Positions 59,504 through 63,273 of a stretch of 63,273 nucleotides of DNA are shown here, piece by piece. The stretch is from a virus. Each line of letters starts with the position of its first letter. Within the stretch, counting starts at the first letter, position 1. A program made the translations under genes and the position numbers. A model generated the notes under the pieces. The model was not told the DNA's origin, ran no database searches, and saw only the letters and a program-made list of their open reading frames with translations. The DNA is taken from positions 1-63,273 of the IMG/VR virus record IMGVR_UViG_3300048583_000095. One strand, given 5' to 3'.

Positions 59504-59950
59504 ATGAACCTCGAAGACGCCGAAAACCTCGCGCTCACCCTCATGGAAGACCACGGCATCGGCAACACCTGGTCGTTCCGCTTCGACAACGCCAAGCGCC
59601 GTTGCGGCTCGTGCCACCACGGGAAGCGCACGATCACGCTGTCGCGGCACTTCGTCGAGCGGAACACCGAAGCGGACGTTGACGACACGATCCGGCACGA
59701 GATCGCGCACGCGCTCGCCGGGCACAAGGCCGGGCACGGCGTGCAGTGGCAGATGTGGGCGATCCGGCTCGGCGCTCGGCCGCAGCGGTGCGCCGAGAAC
59801 GTCGACATGCCCGAAGGCGGGATTGAAGGGGTATGCGCGCCGGACTGCACGGTTCGCCACACCCGGCACCGGATGCCCCCGAAGCGGCTCGCGGACGCCT
59901 ACTCGTGCAGCCGGTGCTATGCGCCGGTCACATGGGTTCGCGTGAAATAA
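59504..59950 (+). CDS. SprT-like zinc metalloprotease domain protein
   Basis: RRCGSCHHGKRTITLS ... IRHEIAHAL (HExxH) ... GHGVQW pattern. Confidence 0.75.
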   Translation: MNLEDAENLALTLMEDHGIGNTWSFRFDNAKRRCGSCHHGKRTITLSRHFVERNTEADVDDTIRHEIAHALAGHKAGHGVQWQMWAIRLGARPQRCAENVDMPEGGIEGVCAPDCTVRHTRHRMPPKRLADAYSCSRCYAPVTWVRVK

Positions 59951-59966
59951 CCAGAGAAAGGACGAC

Positions 59967-60347
59967 ATGATGGAACAGAAAGACTACGCAGTGTGCGGCT
60001 TCCACTTGCGGGAAGACGCCGGGATGCACCGACTCGGGATGATGTACAAGTACACGTCGTTGTGGCTGAACGGCGCACGAGGCGACGGGAAGCTGTACAC
60101 CCTGTACCCACCCGTCGTCGGCGACACGATGTGGCTCGCCGACGACACGCAGGACATCCATGGGACATTCAAGGTCATCGCTCGCGACATCTCGCACTCG
60201 TCGTATGGCTCGGCGAACTGGCCCTACGGCAAGCAGCACCCGGATGTCGGGCCGTACTTCACGTACCTCGTGATCCGATCGACGGGATTGTTCGTGAACG
60301 AGGTCTCGGAAATCTCCGAAGACGGACAGCACAGCGTCCTCGTGTGA
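59967..60347 (+). CDS. hypothetical protein
   Basis: ATG after AGAGAAAGGACGAC. Confidence 0.75.
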   Translation: MMEQKDYAVCGFHLREDAGMHRLGMMYKYTSLWLNGARGDGKLYTLYPPVVGDTMWLADDTQDIHGTFKVIARDISHSSYGSANWPYGKQHPDVGPYFTYLVIRSTGLFVNEVSEISEDGQHSVLV

Positions 60348-60356
60348 GGCAAGACA

Positions 60357-60386
60357 AGCCCCGGTCTTCACAGGCCGGGGCTTTTA
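60357..60386 (+). terminator. rho-independent terminator
   Basis: AGCCCCGG-10 nt-CCGGGGCT followed by TTTAT. Confidence 0.8.
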
Positions 60387-60424
60387 TGTTAGAGTTGCTG
60401 GACACAAGACGAAAGGACGAAGCG

Positions 60425-60613
60425 ATGAGCACACCCATCACGGACAAGCGCGGACGCGTCGTGCACCTCTCGGCGCTCGGATTCAAGCCGCTGTGCAAGC
60501 CGCACACCCGCGCCGTGTTCCACTCGGCGCTGATCGGCGCGAACGGCTCGAAGCTGTGCCCCGTCTGCGCCGAGAAGGACTTGCAAGCGCGGTACGAGAA
60601 CGGGGAACGATGA
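60425..60613 (+). CDS. hypothetical protein (62 aa, CxxC pair)
   Basis: ATG after AGACGAAAGGACGAAGCG. Confidence 0.65.
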   Translation: MSTPITDKRGRVVHLSALGFKPLCKPHTRAVFHSALIGANGSKLCPVCAEKDLQARYENGER

Positions 60614-60900
60614 AAGAGTTCGTGAACATGTCGCGTCCGCAGTTGTCTTCGGCAACTGCGGACCGGCCCGAAAAGGTGCGCCTCCCTTCGGGCTACCAGG
60701 TGCACGCCTACCCGATTCCGCTGTGCGACGCCGCATCCGCGCCGATCCTGGAAGACTTCATGCGCGTGTCAGTGTATCCACCAGGTTCGGACTGCATCGA
60801 CACTGAAGATCGCGTTGCCGAACTGCTCGTGCACCGCGACGAGGTCGACGTGCTGCTCAGCATGTGTGCGCGACCGATCGACGAGAACGGGGAACGATGA
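60610..60900 (+). CDS. hypothetical protein
   Basis: ATGA coupling. Confidence 0.65.
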   Translation: MKEFVNMSRPQLSSATADRPEKVRLPSGYQVHAYPIPLCDAASAPILEDFMRVSVYPPGSDCIDTEDRVAELLVHRDEVDVLLSMCARPIDENGER

Positions 60901-61091
60901 TGGCGAACAAGCGATACCAGGTTGAGGTTTGGGTGATCACCTCGTATCACCTCACGGTCGAAGCGCCGGACGCCGACGCCGCCGAGAAGCAGGCCGAAGG
61001 ACTGCTCTCGGAAGGGCATGTACGCGATTTCGGCGGGGTGTGGGCCGACAACTGGCAAGACGTCATGAGCGCTGCGGAGACCGAACGATGA
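60897..61091 (+). CDS. hypothetical protein
   Basis: ATGA coupling; MMANKRYQVEVWVITSYHL... Confidence 0.65.
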   Translation: MMANKRYQVEVWVITSYHLTVEAPDADAAEKQAEGLLSEGHVRDFGGVWADNWQDVMSAAETER

Positions 61092-61672
61092 GAACCCCGC
61101 AGCCACCGGCCTTGCAAGTGCTCTTCGAGCCATGGCCCGACGAAGCCGGAGCGGACCGGGACGGATACGAGGTGTTCGCCGGTCACTACCTGCTCGACGC
61201 GCTCGACGCGAACGGCGCACTGAAGGTGCGCGGGTTCCGCGCCGTCGTCGCCGGTTGCACGACGTGCCGCAGGGACGCGAAGGACGCGCGCGTGCACGTC
61301 CCGAACATCAATGATCTGAAGCCGGAGGGTCCACGCCGCCGCTGCCCGCAATGGAAGCGGGTGGAAGCGATCGTGAAGGCGTTCGGCGGGTGGAAGCGGG
61401 TGCACTACGTCGAGCTTGTGGAGTCGGAAGGGCTCGGATACCAGCCGATCCCGCAGCGGCGGCGCGAGGTCGCCGCGTGCGAGACGTGCGGCGGGAGCGG
61501 GTACCTGAAGGGATGGACCGAGCTTGACCCGATCCCGAAGCGCATCCCGCCGTGCGACGCCGGGTGCGGCGCGTTCACGTACGGCGGCCGGGGCGAAGTG
61601 CAGCGCGTGTACGAAGGGCCGGTGCGTCCCGACCGGCACGGCATGACGGCCGTTCAACTGCGGAAACGCTAG
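61088..61672 (+). CDS. hypothetical protein with several CxxC motifs
   Basis: ATGA coupling; ORF 60929.. trimmed to ATG 61088. Confidence 0.7.
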   Translation: MRTPQPPALQVLFEPWPDEAGADRDGYEVFAGHYLLDALDANGALKVRGFRAVVAGCTTCRRDAKDARVHVPNINDLKPEGPRRRCPQWKRVEAIVKAFGGWKRVHYVELVESEGLGYQPIPQRRREVAACETCGGSGYLKGWTELDPIPKRIPPCDAGCGAFTYGGRGEVQRVYEGPVRPDRHGMTAVQLRKR

Positions 61673-61779
61673 CTCTGAAGAAAATCTCCGTTCAACCCGA
61701 ACCGCACCGCGTACAACCCGACGTCGGTCGGTTACCGCCTCAGCTAGGATCGGAACCGGCACATCCTGCCGGTTCCGGG

Positions 61780-61808
61780 AAGCCCCGCCCATGAGGCGGG
61801 GCTTTTCG
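61780..61808 (+). terminator. rho-independent terminator (preceded by a second hairpin at 61752-61776)
   Basis: AAGCCCCGCC-CATGA-GGCGGGGCTT followed by TTCG. Confidence 0.8.
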
Positions 61809-61913
61809 CTGCCCTGAAAAATATTTGAGAAAGTTCGCCGCAGGGGTGGACGCTCGGCGCGCATTCGATTAGAGTTGCAGCTACAACACAACAGGGTACG
61901 ACGATAGGATGAG

Positions 61914-62141
61914 ATGATGCAAGGATCGCAGGACACGCGCATGATGCCGAGCCGGAATGCTCGGAACTGCACGCACAGCATCGACGAAATGAAAAGCTGC
62001 CTCTGTCCCGGCGTGAATGCGGCGCTGTACTGCCCGCGTTGCTCTGGTCACCGGTGCAACCCTTGGAATCCACAGATCGGCGGTTATACCGCAGCTTCGT
62101 ACTACGATGACGACCCCAGTGACGCGGCAGGTCGTCTCTAA
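61914..62141 (+). CDS. hypothetical Cys-rich protein
   Basis: ATG after CGACGATAGGATGAG. Confidence 0.7.
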   Translation: MMQGSQDTRMMPSRNARNCTHSIDEMKSCLCPGVNAALYCPRCSGHRCNPWNPQIGGYTAASYYDDDPSDAAGRL

Positions 62142-62144
62142 GGC

Positions 62145-62170
62145 AAAAGCCCCGTTTCGGCGGGGCTTTT
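62145..62170 (+). terminator. rho-independent terminator
   Basis: AAAAGCCCCG-TTTCGG-CGGGGCTTTT. Confidence 0.85.
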
Positions 62171-62309
62171 GTTCGGTCCGATTGGTAAGCGCTTTCCAAA
62201 CACGGTGTGCTTTCGGAGCCCGACCAAAAGGGGGTGCCCGCGCCGGACCGCGACACGCCCGAGCGAAACCCCCGAAGGGTACCCCCTACCAGGCATTATG
62301 CCCGTTCGG

Positions 62310-62338
62310 TTGACTCATGCTTGTACATTCGGTATCCA
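62310..62338 (+). promoter_or_regulatory. sigma-70-like promoter TTGACT-17-TATCCA
   Basis: In a 304-bp non-coding stretch, 138 nt upstream of the next start codon. Confidence 0.5.
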
Positions 62339-62475
62339 TATGTTGGCCGAAAGGTTGAGGTCACACGATGGCAAGCACATACTTACTACACATAACGGAC
62401 ATGGGGTGCCCACCTGCGCCCCTCATGGGGTGTGGTATTATGTAAGAGTTCAACGGACACAGACGAAAGGACGAC

Positions 62476-62643
62476 ATGAAGCTCACGAAGAACACGGCGA
62501 AGAAAGTGCAAGATGAGGCCCGAGCTGAGAAGCAGCGCATCATGGGCCAGTCGAAGAAGAACCTCAGCACGAAGGACAAGCAACGTATGGGTGTGCTGAA
62601 CGGCATCATTGCCGACGCGCAAGCCATCATCGACGGGAAGTAG
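62476..62643 (+). CDS. small basic protein (55 aa)
   Basis: ATG after AGACGAAAGGACGAC; MKLTKNTAKKVQDEARAEKQRIMGQSKK...; below the ORF-track cut-off. Confidence 0.65.
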   Translation: MKLTKNTAKKVQDEARAEKQRIMGQSKKNLSTKDKQRMGVLNGIIADAQAIIDGK

Positions 62644-62645
62644 CC

Positions 62646-62861
62646 ATGTCGAAGGACAAGCAGCACGACAAAGAGGTGTTTCAGCAGGTACTCAAGGCTG
62701 TCCAGGGGGACAACCCTGAGCACAAGAAAGCCACGGCGGCCGAGATCGCGAAGGCTCGACGCGTGATCGAGGGGCAGAAGAAGGCCCTGCGGAAGAAGTT
62801 CAACAGCAAGCAGAACGGCGGGGGCGACGACGACGTGATCGACACGGGCATGTTCCGCTAA
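62646..62861 (+). CDS. small basic protein (71 aa)
   Basis: Starts 3 nt after the upstream stop; Lys-rich, similar composition to 62476..62643. Confidence 0.65.
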   Translation: MSKDKQHDKEVFQQVLKAVQGDNPEHKKATAAEIAKARRVIEGQKKALRKKFNSKQNGGGDDDVIDTGMFR

Positions 62862-62873
62862 GCCGCTAGACAG

Positions 62874-62903
62874 AGGGGCGATCCGAGAGGATTGCCCCTT
62901 TTG
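62874..62903 (+). terminator. rho-independent terminator
   Basis: AGGGGCGATCC-GAGA-GGATTGCCCCT followed by TTTG. Confidence 0.8.
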
Positions 62904-62929
62904 CGTGCCATGGGAAGACACGCCCGATT

Positions 62930-63047
62930 ATTACTTGCGGGAACAACACTTCCCGTGAGTAATCCCGGTTCCCGCCGAACTTGAGTCGGGTCGACTCAAG
63001 TTCAGGGAAGTCGCCGTTTCCCTGAATACCGGCCTCCCGTATTCAGG
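62930..63047. repeat. cluster of four adjacent inverted repeats between convergent transcription units
   Basis: TTACTTGCGGGAA/TTCCCGTGAGTAA. GAACTTGAGTCG-GGT-CGACTCAAGTTC (12 bp, perfect). CAGGGAA-8 nt-TTCCCTG. CCTGAATAC-9 nt-GTATTCAGG. Confidence 0.85.
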
Positions 63048-63062
63048 TCTCCGTGAACGGCC

Positions 63063-63273
63063 CTACGGCCCGCGCTGGCTATCCGGGGGTACTCGGGTAT
63101 AGGAATCGGGGTGTGAGGCCGTCAGCGTTGACGCTAGGCCCCTTAACGGCCGGATCGCGACGGTACCCGACATGCTCTCTTGCCGGGCCGCGAGCATCGG
63201 CCCCATGTCGGCGAGCGCTTCGCGAAGCGCGGCGCTCGCGCGGGCGCGCTGGGAATCGTCGAGATCGGCGGCG
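63063..63273 (-). CDS. 3' part of the junction-spanning gene (63147-63273 duplicates 1-127)
   Basis: Same frame continues ...GTVAIRPLRGLASTL... to TAG (plus-strand CTA at 63063-63065). Confidence 0.65.
   Translation of the reverse strand, partial: AADLDDSQRARASAALREALADMGPMLAARQESMSGTVAIRPLRGLASTLTASHPDSYTRVPPDSQRGP
63147..63273. repeat. 127-bp exact end overlap (copy 2)
   Basis: Identical to positions 1-127. Confidence 0.95.

Noticed and set aside
62169-62516. 115-aa ORF spanning the 62172-62475 non-coding stretch
   Set aside because: It has no RBS, overlaps the well-supported start at 62476 and gives a His/Arg/Thr-rich junk-like translation. The region contains promoter and repeat elements instead.
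63063-63146. Junction-spanning gene as the small terminase subunit
   Set aside because: The helical, Arg/Ala/Glu-rich sequence is only vaguely reminiscent of small terminases, and the gene is 15 kb from the large terminase on the circle. It is left as hypothetical.
1-63273. Integrase, excisionase/repressor pair, attP, partition genes
   Set aside because: I recognised no tyrosine or serine recombinase, CI-like repressor or ParA/ParB motifs in any frame. Lifestyle is left open (probably lytic). Absence by eye is weak evidence.

Overview
The window is a complete, circularly closed genome of 63,146 bp. Positions 1-127 are identical to 63147-63273. It is a high-GC, actinobacteriophage-like siphovirus; a WhiB-like gene is consistent with an actinobacterial host.

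Layout:
- A leftward replication-initiation block (PrimPol, D5-type primase/helicase) sits next to an iteron-rich, AT-cored intergenic region. One gene crosses the circular junction.
- A rightward early/DNA-metabolism block at 3.5-24 kb holds family A DNA polymerase, a RuvC-like resolvase, an SNF2 helicase, a Cas4-like nuclease, a RecA-like ATPase, an SSB-like protein, a 4-kb tRNA array, a membrane protein/FtsK-like translocase module and WhiB.
- A leftward virion/lysis block at 24-51 kb holds large terminase, a lysis cassette, portal, a MuF-protease fusion, capsid, a glycosyltransferase/methyltransferase cassette, head-tail proteins, a frameshifted tail chaperone, tape measure, minor tail proteins and dCTP deaminase.
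- A rightward block at 51.3-62.9 kb opens with a strong promoter, five tandem Y-RNA-like modules and a Ro60 (TROVE-vWA) gene. About 20 small genes follow, each with a conserved promoter/RBS and terminator.

I recognised no integrase, repressor or CRISPR array.

Most notable:
- the Ro60 gene with a five-module Y-RNA-like array that includes permuted tRNA-like domains;
- a hand-folded set of 27 tRNAs whose anticodons cover all 20 amino acids;
- two short-repeat arrays (TCCCTGCACA x12 and CGGCAC x11) plus a GAGCGCGC motif swarm around the FtsK-like module;
- a virion glycosylation/methylation cassette.

All tRNA and RNA folds and all homology calls were made by eye from motifs. They need tRNAscan-SE, Infernal and HMM confirmation.
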